The notes below the pieces were generated by a model. The model was not told the DNA's origin. It saw only the letters and a program-made list of their open reading frames with translations, and did no database searches. The position numbers were made by a program, and so were the translations under genes. From positions 13,622-77,621 of the IMG/VR virus record IMGVR_UViG_3300021363_000001: 64,000 bases of DNA. One strand, 5' to 3'. The stretch is from a virus (taxonomy: Duplodnaviria; Heunggongvirae; Uroviricota; Caudoviricetes). This document shows positions 1-7,729 of this stretch, piece by piece. Position 1 is the stretch's first letter. Every line of letters starts with the position of its first letter.

Positions 1-21
1 TTCTTACACAACCTGCTAATA

Positions 22-94
22 GCTGGTCAAGCATTGATGGCGATGCGCCTGACTTGTAATCAGGAGATGTGCGGTTCGAATCCGTAGTCCAGCT
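22..94 (+). tRNA. tRNA-Thr (anticodon TGT)
   Basis: Acceptor gctggtc/gtccagc (one mismatch), D-stem gcat/atgc, anticodon stem cctga/tcagg with loop cttgtaa, T-loop ggttcgaatcc. Confidence 0.6.
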
Positions 95-99
95 CATAT

Positions 100-177
100 T
101 GTGGGGTAGAGCAGTCCGGCCAGCTCGTCAGGCTCATAACCTGAAGGCCATGGGTTCGAATCCCATCCCCGCAACCA
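100..177 (+). tRNA. tRNA-Met (anticodon CAT), CCA encoded
   Basis: Acceptor tgtgggg/ccccgca, anticodon loop ctcataa, T-arm atggg-ttcgaat-cccat, 3' acca. Confidence 0.65.
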
Positions 178-258
178 GGAGAAGACGCTGGTTCGAATCC
201 AGCTGGGCGGTAGAAATACCGTCTGTAGTTTAGCGGCTAAAACAGCTCCGAATTAAAT

Positions 259-332
259 TGGTAATTAGCTCAGCTGGTCAGAGCGCTACACTGATAATGT
301 AGAGGCCCGTGGTTCAAGCCCACGATTACCAA
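259..332 (+). tRNA. tRNA-Ile (anticodon GAT)
   Basis: Acceptor tggtaat/attacca, D-arm agctcagctggtcagagc, anticodon stem ctaca/tgtag with loop ctgataa, T-arm cgtgg-ttcaagc-ccacg. Confidence 0.75.
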
Positions 333-364
333 CATGAAAAATAAAATAGAAGACGAGGAGCTAT

Positions 365-436
365 GCTCCATTCGTCTACTGGTTAGGACATCAGGTTTTC
401 AACCTGGCAAAGACGGATCGTAACCGTCATGGAGTA
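365..436 (+). tRNA. tRNA-Glu-like (anticodon TTC) with unusual T-loop ATCGTAA
   Basis: Acceptor gctccat/atggagt, anticodon stem cagg/cctg with loop ttttcaa, T-arm gacgg-atcgtaa-ccgtc lacking canonical TTC. Confidence 0.5.
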
Positions 437-442
437 CATAAG

Positions 443-514
443 CAGGTGAAGCATACGTGGTGATGTGCCAGACTTCCAATCTGGAAAACAGTGTTCGACT
501 CACTGTACCTGCTC
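443..514 (+). tRNA. tRNA-Gly (anticodon TCC)
   Basis: Acceptor gcaggtg/tacctgc, anticodon stem ccaga/tctgg with loop cttccaa, T-arm cagtg-ttcgact-cactg. Confidence 0.65.
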
Positions 515-522
515 AGAAAAAT

Positions 523-589
523 GCGCGACCGCAGGTGCGAACGTGGAGCTTATATCTCTGCCGACCTGGTTCAAGTCCAGGGTTGCGTA
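523..589 (+). tRNA. short tRNA-like gene, possibly tRNA-Ile (anticodon TAT), reduced D-arm
   Basis: Acceptor gcgcgac/gttgcgt (with GU pairs), T-arm cctgg-ttcaagt-ccagg, candidate anticodon loop cttatat; only 67 nt, fold uncertain. Confidence 0.35.
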
Positions 590-596
590 CATAATT

Positions 597-666
597 GGGG
601 GTGATGCCGATGGTAGGCCGTTTGCTTTGCAAGCAAAACGTTAGGGTTCGAATCCCTCATTCTCCA
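597..666 (+). tRNA. tRNA-Ala-like (anticodon TGC)
   Basis: Clean anticodon arm tttgc-tttgcaa-gcaaa and canonical T-loop ggttcgaatcc; acceptor/D stems imperfect in manual fold. Confidence 0.45.
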
Positions 667-697
667 CAAGAAATCACATTATACTGTGATTTCACAT

Positions 698-770
698 TGC
701 CTCTTATCTCATGTGGAAGAGTACCTGCGTTACAAGCAGGTTGTAGTCGGTTCGACTCCGGCAGAGGCAA
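698..770 (+). tRNA. tRNA-Val (anticodon TAC)
   Basis: Acceptor tgcctct/agaggca, anticodon stem cctgc/gcagg with loop gttacaa, T-arm gtcgg-ttcgact-ccggc. Confidence 0.7.
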
Positions 771-806
771 CATGATTGACGTATATAAACGCAGGAGAAT
801 AAAGAC

Positions 807-877
807 CTCCTGTAGCAAATTGGCATAGGCAACTGGCTTTTAACCAGTGAGACCAGGTTCGATTCCTGGCGGGAGGA
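807..877 (+). tRNA. tRNA-Lys (anticodon TTT)
   Basis: Acceptor cctcctg/cgggagg, anticodon stem actgg/ccagt with loop cttttaa, T-arm ccagg-ttcgatt-cctgg. Confidence 0.7.
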
Positions 878-884
878 CAACTAT

Positions 885-957
885 AGTTGTGTCGTACAAC
901 AGAATAGTACCTCAGCCTTCTAATCTGATAATCCGGGTTTGAATCCCGGCACAACTA
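885..957 (+). tRNA. tRNA-Arg (anticodon TCT)
   Basis: Acceptor agttgtg/cacaact, anticodon loop cttctaa (stem has one C-T mismatch), T-arm ccggg-tttgaat-cccgg. Confidence 0.6.
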
Positions 958-960
958 CGA

Positions 961-1143
961 ATGCAAAAATTAACTGAAGAAGAATTTTTAGAGATAATGA
1001 AAAAGCAATCAGCGTTTAAATATTACGAAGATGAGATGCGTTGGCTTGAAATGCAATCAAGAAAATTTCAAGATTATTTTTGGAAAAGACTTATGGAAAA
1101 AGTAGAGAAAGAATTTAATAATAACAATGACGATAACCCATAG
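961..1143 (+). CDS. hypothetical small protein (60 aa) inside tRNA island
   Basis: ORF between tRNAs, followed by a rho-independent terminator. Confidence 0.35.
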   Translation: MQKLTEEEFLEIMKKQSAFKYYEDEMRWLEMQSRKFQDYFWKRLMEKVEKEFNNNNDDNP

Positions 1144-1166
1144 ATGGGACGCCTGAGTATTGACTA

Positions 1167-1200
1167 AACCCTGGGCGTAACTGTCCAGGGTTTTTTATTT
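1167..1200 (+). terminator. rho-independent terminator
   Basis: Hairpin ccctggg-cgtaactgt-cccaggg followed by tttttt. Confidence 0.6.
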
Positions 1201-1274
1201 GGTGCCACAGCATGTTGGCGTATGTTGCCGGACTGTCACTCCGGAGATCACGGATTCGAATTCCGTTGGCACCG
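1201..1274 (+). tRNA. tRNA-Asp (anticodon GTC)
   Basis: Acceptor ggtgcca/tggcacc, anticodon stem ccgga/tccgg with loop ctgtcac, T-arm acgga-ttcgaat-tccgt. Confidence 0.75.
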
Positions 1275-1279
1275 CAAAA

Positions 1280-1352
1280 GGATCAGAAGCTCATCTGGAT
1301 GAGCGACTGGCTGTTAACCAGAAGGCAGTAGGTTCGAGCCCTACCTGATCCG
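1280..1352 (+). tRNA. tRNA-Asn (anticodon GTT)
   Basis: Acceptor ggatcag/ctgatcc, D-arm gctc-atctggat-gagc, anticodon loop ctgttaa, T-arm gtagg-ttcgagc-cctac. Confidence 0.7.
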
Positions 1353-1354
1353 CT

Positions 1355-1627
1355 ATGAGAGTTTCACAATTTAAGTGTTATGTGTGCAGGTCAATAATTA
1401 CCGGCATTCCTTACTGCGGTGAGTGTGAAATTGCTTTGCCAAATTCAATAAGAGTGGGATATACTTTAATTGCCGATGAAGCTCCTGTATTAAAACCAAA
1501 AAAGAAAAAACCAATTCCTGTTCGTATCAGAAGCAGAGATGAGGATGATGATTTATTTAATGATTTTGAAAATAAAAAAGCTGCGGCAATCCGCAATCTT
1601 AAATATAGGAAAAATAGTACCCCCTGA
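1355..1627 (+). CDS. hypothetical small Cys-rich (CxxC...CxxC) basic protein
   Basis: ORF 90 aa with two CxxC pairs, in tRNA island. Confidence 0.4.
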   Translation: MRVSQFKCYVCRSIITGIPYCGECEIALPNSIRVGYTLIADEAPVLKPKKKKPIPVRIRSRDEDDDLFNDFENKKAAAIRNLKYRKNSTP

Positions 1628-1689
1628 GAGAATCGAACTCCCGTCTCATGGTTCGTAACCACATGTCCTTCCGCTGAACGAAGGGGGCA
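1618..1689 (-). tRNA. tRNA-Arg (anticodon ACG)
   Basis: Minus-strand fold with D-stem gttc/ggac, anticodon loop ttacgaa, T-arm gggag-ttcgatt-ctctc; acceptor imperfect. Confidence 0.45.
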
Positions 1690-1692
1690 TTG

Positions 1693-1764
1693 GGTATTAG
1701 GATGGTAACGATCCATCTTCTCCAGATTCACAGTCTGGCGCATCACCTTAATGCTTCAAACACC
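1693..1764 (-). tRNA. tRNA-His (anticodon GTG) with G-1
   Basis: G-1 pairs with C73; acceptor gtgtttg/ctaatac, D-arm gcat-taaggtg-atgc, anticodon stem ccaga/tctgg with loop ctgtgaa, unusual T-loop atcgtta. Confidence 0.6.
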
Positions 1765-1770
1765 ATGTAG

Positions 1771-1842
1771 TACCCCTCCAGCGATTCGAACGCTGACTAT
1801 CACATTCAAAATGTGATGTGCTGACCGTTACACCAAAGGAGC
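1771..1842 (-). tRNA. tRNA-Gln (anticodon TTG)
   Basis: Acceptor gctcctt/gaggggt (GU pairs), anticodon stem atcaca/tgtgat with loop ttttgaa, T-arm cagcg-ttcgaat-cgctg. Confidence 0.55.
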
Positions 1843-1844
1843 AG

Positions 1845-1920
1845 TCGGGGTAGCAGGATTCGAACCTGCGAACACCTGTTTCCAAAACAGGCCCGTATTG
1901 CCATCTGCTGGAACACCCCG
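1845..1920 (-). tRNA. tRNA-Pro (anticodon TGG)
   Basis: Acceptor cggggtg/taccccg, anticodon stem cctgt/acagg with loop tttggaa, T-arm gcagg-ttcgaat-cctgc. Confidence 0.6.
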
Positions 1921-1930
1921 AAAATAAAAA

Positions 1931-1960
1931 ACCCCGCAATTTCTTGCGGGGCCCGTTTTT
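1931..1960. terminator. bidirectional rho-independent terminator
   Basis: Hairpin ccccgcaa-tttc-ttgcgggg flanked by A-run upstream and T-run downstream. Confidence 0.6.
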
Positions 1961-2070
1961 AAATGACGTTACTTTCTTCACATCACATCAAAGCAGTTGC
2001 ACCGCAGGGTTACTGCGTGGGCGCGGTTGCTGATGAGTTGCGAATTGTTTCACGGGGCAATGATAAATAA

Positions 2071-3231
2071 TTATTTGGAAGGTGACAAATTATTTTCAGC
2101 GGGGAAGTAAGACATATTTATCTGCAGGTCTTCACTGGAATCACCATATGATATATAGGTTCTTTTGAAAGTAGCTTTTATCAGTGCCGGAAGTTTCTTT
2201 GCCGTAGTCATCTGCACTACTCCATTTATAGTTACGGGAAATTCATGATCAGTCTGGTCAGCGCATGTGATAACAAGATTTTTCCCAGCCATAGAAGAAT
2301 AATTATAATCACATTCCAGTGCATAATTCAGTAGATCAATATCAAGTGGGGTGATCCGGAACTTGCCTTGATACTTATCTTCACGGTTGGTTTCATTCAA
2401 GTTATTCAACAGCTCCAGTGGCGGCTGATCTTCATTGGTCATGTATCCCTTACCATGACGTGTCTGATATGTCCTGGTTACATAATAAACATCTTTGATG
2501 CCAGGATAAATACTTAGCGCATTACGTGAAGTAGTATGAGACCTGGTTACGTTAGGGAAGAAGCCAAAATCCTGGTCAAGCATTATTCCTTGTGAGCCCT
2601 CAAAGACTGGATCGTAGCCAGAGAGAAAATCGTATGAGTTAATCACAACAATTTTTTTCCGCAGCTCTCTCACGCATCCAACAAAATATCCCAAACTATA
2701 TGCATTGTCAGCATCGAAGATTTCTTTATATCCGTAATATTCAGAAATGTGTTTAAGTTTTTGATGCAGAATGTTGTCATAAAATAAATCCTGCACATGC
2801 AATTTAAAGAACGATTCATGTCTTTGATGTGTGGCTCCAAAGCCAACGCCAACGCTGCCAAAAGATTTTACACTCTCCTCGGCAACTCTATTGAAATAAA
2901 TATCATATGGAGTGGTCACCGGGCATAACGCATGCACATAAATTCGTGGCGCTTGATCTAACATTTTTTTTAAGATGTGCCACTCATTCATAAAAGCTAC
3001 TGGAGAAAAAGTACAGTAGTGGCTCCATACAGTCGGAACATGTTGCAGCGTTCCTGCACCGAAGGAAGAAAATACATGACGCTTCCCATCTCTCACAACA
3101 GTATGTCCAGCCTGGTGCCCACCACTGAAGCGGACAACAATAGGGTTCGGCTTTTGAGAGCACAGGTAAGATGTTACCAGTCCCTTGCCTTCATCACCGT
3201 ATCCGAGCCCGATTATTACGCTTGCTGACAT
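2071..3231 (-). CDS. adenylosuccinate synthetase family protein (PurA-like, possible PurZ), 386 aa
   Basis: N-terminal GDEGKG P-loop, GGHQAGHT, VFEGSQGxxLDxDFG...TRSHTTS and TRxxGxG motifs typical of PurA family; shorter than bacterial PurA. Confidence 0.8.
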   Translation of the reverse strand: MSASVIIGLGYGDEGKGLVTSYLCSQKPNPIVVRFSGGHQAGHTVVRDGKRHVFSSFGAGTLQHVPTVWSHYCTFSPVAFMNEWHILKKMLDQAPRIYVHALCPVTTPYDIYFNRVAEESVKSFGSVGVGFGATHQRHESFFKLHVQDLFYDNILHQKLKHISEYYGYKEIFDADNAYSLGYFVGCVRELRKKIVVINSYDFLSGYDPVFEGSQGIMLDQDFGFFPNVTRSHTTSRNALSIYPGIKDVYYVTRTYQTRHGKGYMTNEDQPPLELLNNLNETNREDKYQGKFRITPLDIDLLNYALECDYNYSSMAGKNLVITCADQTDHEFPVTINGVVQMTTAKKLPALIKATFKRTYISYGDSSEDLQINMSYFPAENNLSPSK

Positions 3232-3817
3232 AGTATTTTAATATTGAAGTTTTTTGTTTATCTATTTCTTCCATTGTTTTTTTTCTTCCAAGCTGAGATT
3301 TGTTATGCCCATTAATATAACGTTGAGATGATTTAATTGTGCAAATAAATTTGTTCCTACACCCGCATTTACAAATTCTTTCCTCTCTTTTTATCCATCT
3401 ATAACTTTTGATTCCAGTTGGCCTCTTACATATACAACATTTGCATTCGACTTTGTGCCCACGCTCCTCTTTTGACATCCCTATATGAGAACGGCTCATA
3501 TTTATTCTTGACCGAAGGCTGTGCTTTATCCCTAATGGGCTTCCAGCTTTTTTTGATATATTATATTTTGGCTTTAATGTATCAAGATAGTATTGTTCTC
3601 GCTCTATCAGCTTTTGTTTATCATGCACCTGTTCAAGAACTGAAAATTCAAAAATGGACTCACCATATTTATTAAATGCGTTTTGAAGTATTTTACTATG
3701 ATGAGTCCCTTTTCTAAGCCTAGATAAATGAGCCCATATTCTATAATCGTATTTAACAGCAGAGCCAATATAAATATCTTCGGTTATTTTATTTCTTATT
3801 CTGTAAACGACTTGCAT
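3194..3817 (-). CDS. GIY-YIG homing endonuclease with NUMOD-like C-terminal repeats
   Basis: VYRI...IYIGSA (GIY-10-YIG), conserved R, YG..F, E, N residues; C-terminal GxKHS.xS/K-rich DNA-binding repeats and Cys cluster. Confidence 0.8.
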   Translation of the reverse strand: MQVVYRIRNKITEDIYIGSAVKYDYRIWAHLSRLRKGTHHSKILQNAFNKYGESIFEFSVLEQVHDKQKLIEREQYYLDTLKPKYNISKKAGSPLGIKHSLRSRINMSRSHIGMSKEERGHKVECKCCICKRPTGIKSYRWIKREERICKCGCRNKFICTIKSSQRYINGHNKSQLGRKKTMEEIDKQKTSILKYYVSKRNNRARIR

Positions 3818-3844
3818 AAAGCAAGTATATAAAATAATTTATAA

Positions 3845-4702
3845 TTATAAAATCATGTTTGGTTTTGACTCATCCTTTCCGGGAGCTGCACTGGAAGGGA
3901 GGTTTGACAGAATAATGTGTGAGATCACTCTTGGAATTGTAGTGTAATCTTTAACGATTATAAGATTTTGGCCAAGCATTTCTTTCCATGCAGGATGCAC
4001 ATCTTCACGGCCACTTCTGTGGTCAAGGTGAATGTGATATACATGATTTAGCGCCTTGGCAGAGGAAAGTAATTGTTCGCGGGTATATGTTCCCTGGCCC
4101 ACAGCCGAAGTTCCCATGATTGATGAGAGCGCTGAAAGCGGGATTGAAGGCAGACAAGGCTCATCACCAATAGTGAACACAAATCCTTTTTGCTTACGTT
4201 TTTCAAATGCATCGGTCTTGATATGATTTCCCGCAAAATACCAGGCAAGCAAATAGCTTTCTCCAGCATTGCCGCCGCCATTTCCCTCAAGCCATGTTCT
4301 TGTCAACCACATATCAAGTTCTGCGTCTCCTGATTCGAACTGTCCTATTTGAAGTGGAGCCAGATCACATTCATGGTCGCCAATAGCACCAAACATTAAT
4401 GCTACGTCAGGAATTCCGTTCTGAAGAAATGAACTCATCAGTGTGGGTAGTCCATCTTTAATCATTAAGTGAGGAATACTACCCATGCTTCCGGTTACAT
4501 CCAGATACAGCTGTACTGGTATAGCGTTTGGATGTGTTGCAGAATCACGACATTCACGAAAGATAACTCCGGAAGGATTCATGTCTTGATGAATTTTCCG
4601 TGCTTTATTTTGTTTAAATATTTCATCTACAGGTGCAGTGAAATATGCGTCTTGTGTTGCTCTCATAGAGCGACTTGAAACTGAATATTCTGAGTGTCCC
4701 AT
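3845..4702 (-). CDS. von Willebrand factor A (vWA) domain protein
   Basis: LYLDVTGSM (DxSGS-like MIDAS motif) followed by alpha/beta pattern; 285 aa. Confidence 0.5.
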   Translation of the reverse strand: MGHSEYSVSSRSMRATQDAYFTAPVDEIFKQNKARKIHQDMNPSGVIFRECRDSATHPNAIPVQLYLDVTGSMGSIPHLMIKDGLPTLMSSFLQNGIPDVALMFGAIGDHECDLAPLQIGQFESGDAELDMWLTRTWLEGNGGGNAGESYLLAWYFAGNHIKTDAFEKRKQKGFVFTIGDEPCLPSIPLSALSSIMGTSAVGQGTYTREQLLSSAKALNHVYHIHLDHRSGREDVHPAWKEMLGQNLIIVKDYTTIPRVISHIILSNLPSSAAPGKDESKPNMIL

Positions 4703-5088
4703 TAGCTTTCGAATAAAAGTTTATAACGTGATCTTGCAATGTCTAACGTGATTTCAAGGTTGCGCAGTTCAACTCCAATCTGAATGTCTTTGCTGACAAA
4801 TTCTTTGGATTTAAAATCAGACGCCAGCACAAGGGAGTCTGCGGTAGTAGGGCTCAGGTCGAGCATTGATTCGCGTTCGCGCTTGAGCTTTTTGATTTTC
4901 AGCTCCAGGTCTTCCACCTCTCGCTTATAAATCATCTGGGCGTCCTCAGCGATGGCAATCGCCCGGTCTTCGCGTATCTTTTTGTTGTTACGCACCAGGG
5001 AACCAACGAATGCTCCCTTCATGGAAGCTAATGTGGCTTCCGATTCATTTGTTTCAGTCATAATAAATGGGTTTGGATTATGTTGCAA
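4702..5088 (-). CDS. hypothetical coiled-coil protein
   Basis: ORF 128 aa, charged heptad-rich middle; start-stop overlap with upstream gene. Confidence 0.4.
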   Translation of the reverse strand: MQHNPNPFIMTETNESEATLASMKGAFVGSLVRNNKKIREDRAIAIAEDAQMIYKREVEDLELKIKKLKRERESMLDLSPTTADSLVLASDFKSKEFVSKDIQIGVELRNLEITLDIARSRYKLLFES

Positions 5089-5203
5089 TTATAAACAAAT
5101 ATCATATCACATTACAAATCTGTTCAAAAGTATTCCCTCTATAGCAGCAGTTTTGTACTGCTTATGATAAAGCATCATATTACTTTGTGAAAACGCCTTT
5201 TAC

Positions 5204-6307
5204 ATGCCGGCAATCACAGGGAAATACCTTTTCGACTACTTCCGAAACAAGGTTCAGGAAACATATACCACCTACACCGGTGGTACTGTTCGTGCAAACA
5301 AGTTATTCCTAGATGCATTTCTTGCTGTTTTTGAAGAACGCTTCAAAGGAATAGGATCACAAAAATACAGGGATGATGTGGGCTTCATTATACAGTCACA
5401 AAAGCCTTACAATCTGAACAATAACAGGCTGTATACTGCACCACTTGTGGTGAGTACATTTTCTTACCTGGGCCTGGTTGCAACTATCACAACGGCCCTT
5501 CCGCACAACCTGGTCACCAACGATTTTTTTACGCTCAGCAGTGTTGCTGGCCTTGCTCCAGCTCCGAATAATACTTACCAAGTAGTGAGTTCGCCTGATG
5601 CAAACACAATAATTTTCGCTCTGACAGCAGTAATAACTGGCACCTATGTTAATAACTCCGGCTCTCTGTCGGCACAAAAAAGCATCCCTGATTACTGGCA
5701 GATGATCAGTGTTCGTGCGCGTTACCAGGTGTTATACAATACTTCGATAACCCGCGTTACTGGCGGAACGCCAATCATCATCACTATTGACAAGCGCACC
5801 GACATCAGAAGTTTTCAACTCAATAAAATTTCCGGAGTACAGGGTGAGCCCGATGCTAACGGGGATCGCTATTTTAAATACCTCAATGACTTCCAGTTCG
5901 CCCTGTACACCGATCCACTCTTGCTTAATCCAACAGTAGGCGTTGGCAATTATCAAGGTGGTGGAATTATTGAAAAGGTTTACAACAACGTGTGTAAGCC
6001 ATGGCTCCCACGCACAAAAATTTCTCCTCTTGCCAACCCAACAGTTGTTGAGCCGCGCTATGAGAATGCAGAGAAATATCTGAAGTTCTATCCTGATGAG
6101 CGCACATGCCAAGGCATCACGCTGGATTATTACAAGAGGCCAACGGTTGTTGTGGATGTACAAGAGGATACGCTCGATCTCACAAATTATTATGACGAAA
6201 AGTTTTTGTTTCATTTAGCTGATGTAGCCGCAATAATTTATTCACAACCTGCGCGTGACGTTCTTCTCTATGAAGAATCGCAGGGCATGGCATCACAAAA
6301 TAATTAA
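5204..6307 (+). CDS. virion structural protein, putative (possible major capsid protein)
   Basis: First gene of long plus-strand late block after divergent promoter; 367 aa; no recognisable motif. Confidence 0.4.
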   Translation: MPAITGKYLFDYFRNKVQETYTTYTGGTVRANKLFLDAFLAVFEERFKGIGSQKYRDDVGFIIQSQKPYNLNNNRLYTAPLVVSTFSYLGLVATITTALPHNLVTNDFFTLSSVAGLAPAPNNTYQVVSSPDANTIIFALTAVITGTYVNNSGSLSAQKSIPDYWQMISVRARYQVLYNTSITRVTGGTPIIITIDKRTDIRSFQLNKISGVQGEPDANGDRYFKYLNDFQFALYTDPLLLNPTVGVGNYQGGGIIEKVYNNVCKPWLPRTKISPLANPTVVEPRYENAEKYLKFYPDERTCQGITLDYYKRPTVVVDVQEDTLDLTNYYDEKFLFHLADVAAIIYSQPARDVLLYEESQGMASQNN

Positions 6308-6313
6308 TCAGAC

Positions 6314-6973
6314 ATGAAAACGGATGAGTTGATAGACATCGTGCAGCGTACTGTATCTGGCGATATTGTTACCGCAGATAACAAATATGACGATGCATAC
6401 ATACTTCAGCTAATTGACGGAGCCCGTGCTGTATGGCTTGTACAGATTTATGCAATAGACAAACGCATTGCACCGATCTGTTATCAGAAATATTATCCTG
6501 AATATTCAATTACGCTGCAGCCAAAGGACAGGTGTTTTGCTAAATTCAAAATGCCTGACATCGTAAAGCTGGATGAGCACAGCGATGGAATCCGGTATGC
6601 CGGTAGTGACGACTATAACGGTGGCCAAGCCAATGACTTCAGGCGTATTGTATCGCGTGCATGGCTGAGCACATTCTTTAAGCATCCAATCATGAATCCA
6701 TCAACACGATTCTACAGTGCCTTGTATGACGCCAGTTCTGGAGTGCTTGAGTTACGTGGTAAAGCAAAGTTTGTCAAGACTCCGCTGGTTGAGGCGCTCT
6801 TTAAACATCCCACTCAAATTCCAACATTCAACAGGGAGCTTGACGATTATCCTTTAAGTATTGATGGGATCACAGCCATTCAGAAGATGATTTTTGAGAA
6901 TGATACGCGCATAGTTGAAAGCACACGCCCGTCTGCCGCTTTTGGATCACCAGCACCATTATTAAAAAAGTAA
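6314..6973 (+). CDS. hypothetical virion-associated protein
   Basis: ORF 219 aa, tightly packed in late block. Confidence 0.4.
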   Translation: MKTDELIDIVQRTVSGDIVTADNKYDDAYILQLIDGARAVWLVQIYAIDKRIAPICYQKYYPEYSITLQPKDRCFAKFKMPDIVKLDEHSDGIRYAGSDDYNGGQANDFRRIVSRAWLSTFFKHPIMNPSTRFYSALYDASSGVLELRGKAKFVKTPLVEALFKHPTQIPTFNRELDDYPLSIDGITAIQKMIFENDTRIVESTRPSAAFGSPAPLLKK

Positions 6974-6977
6974 TTAA

Positions 6978-7721
6978 ATGAGTGAAGAAATAAATCCTGG
7001 CTTCTACCATGAGGTATCGTATGAGCAGCTGATCTCAAGTGTGAAGGCTGAACTAAAAATCGAAGTTTCGGACTCAGACATAATTTTTGAAAAATGGCTG
7101 AACGAAGGAATCAGGTCTGTAGATGCGTTAAGCATTTTTTCCAAATGCACAGCAGTATTACCCATTCATGATAACATGGCTGAATTACCGTGTGGATTTT
7201 TTAGAATGATTGCATGTACGCTTGGAGGGAATGGAGCTAATTGTATTTCTGCGATATACGTTGATCTGCCATTTCTCACATCGTGCGGCTGCGCACCGAT
7301 AATTAACAGCACCGGTATTTTCAATACACAAGGACTTTATGAAATTCAGAATGGAAGAATTTTTTTCCACTCTGATTTATTTACAACAGTTTCAACTACC
7401 AATGGGCCACAGACAATCACCACTACGCTTCCGATCACAGAGTGTACAATAAGTTATTTTGGATTTAATGTTACGGAGGATGGTCTGTTAAAAGCGTACC
7501 AGGATATGGAGCGTGGCTTGACTGCTTATGTGTGTTGGAGATATACGCGACAGAATTTTCGTGAGTATCCACAATACATTTCCGAAGGCTACCGACAGGA
7601 ATGGGTGGCACAAAAAAAATGGTTGCGTAGTGTGGCCTTCCAGAATGATTTCCGAAATACAAAACGTCAGATTGCGGAAATTGTGAATGCCATGGTTGTG
7701 GACAAGAATTTTTTACCATAG
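6978..7721 (+). CDS. hypothetical virion-associated protein
   Basis: ORF 247 aa in late block. Confidence 0.4.
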   Translation: MSEEINPGFYHEVSYEQLISSVKAELKIEVSDSDIIFEKWLNEGIRSVDALSIFSKCTAVLPIHDNMAELPCGFFRMIACTLGGNGANCISAIYVDLPFLTSCGCAPIINSTGIFNTQGLYEIQNGRIFFHSDLFTTVSTTNGPQTITTTLPITECTISYFGFNVTEDGLLKAYQDMERGLTAYVCWRYTRQNFREYPQYISEGYRQEWVAQKKWLRSVAFQNDFRNTKRQIAEIVNAMVVDKNFLP

Positions 7722-7729
7722 GAAAATAA

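Noticed and set aside
595-954. ORFs 595-828 (+) and 730-954 (-) overlapping tRNA genes
   Set aside because: They span several well-folded tRNA genes (Ala-like, Val, Lys, Arg), so they are not protein-coding.
1411-1981. Minus-strand ORFs 1411-1746 and 1748-1981
   Set aside because: They overlap the minus-strand tRNA genes (Arg, His, Gln, Pro) and the bidirectional terminator.
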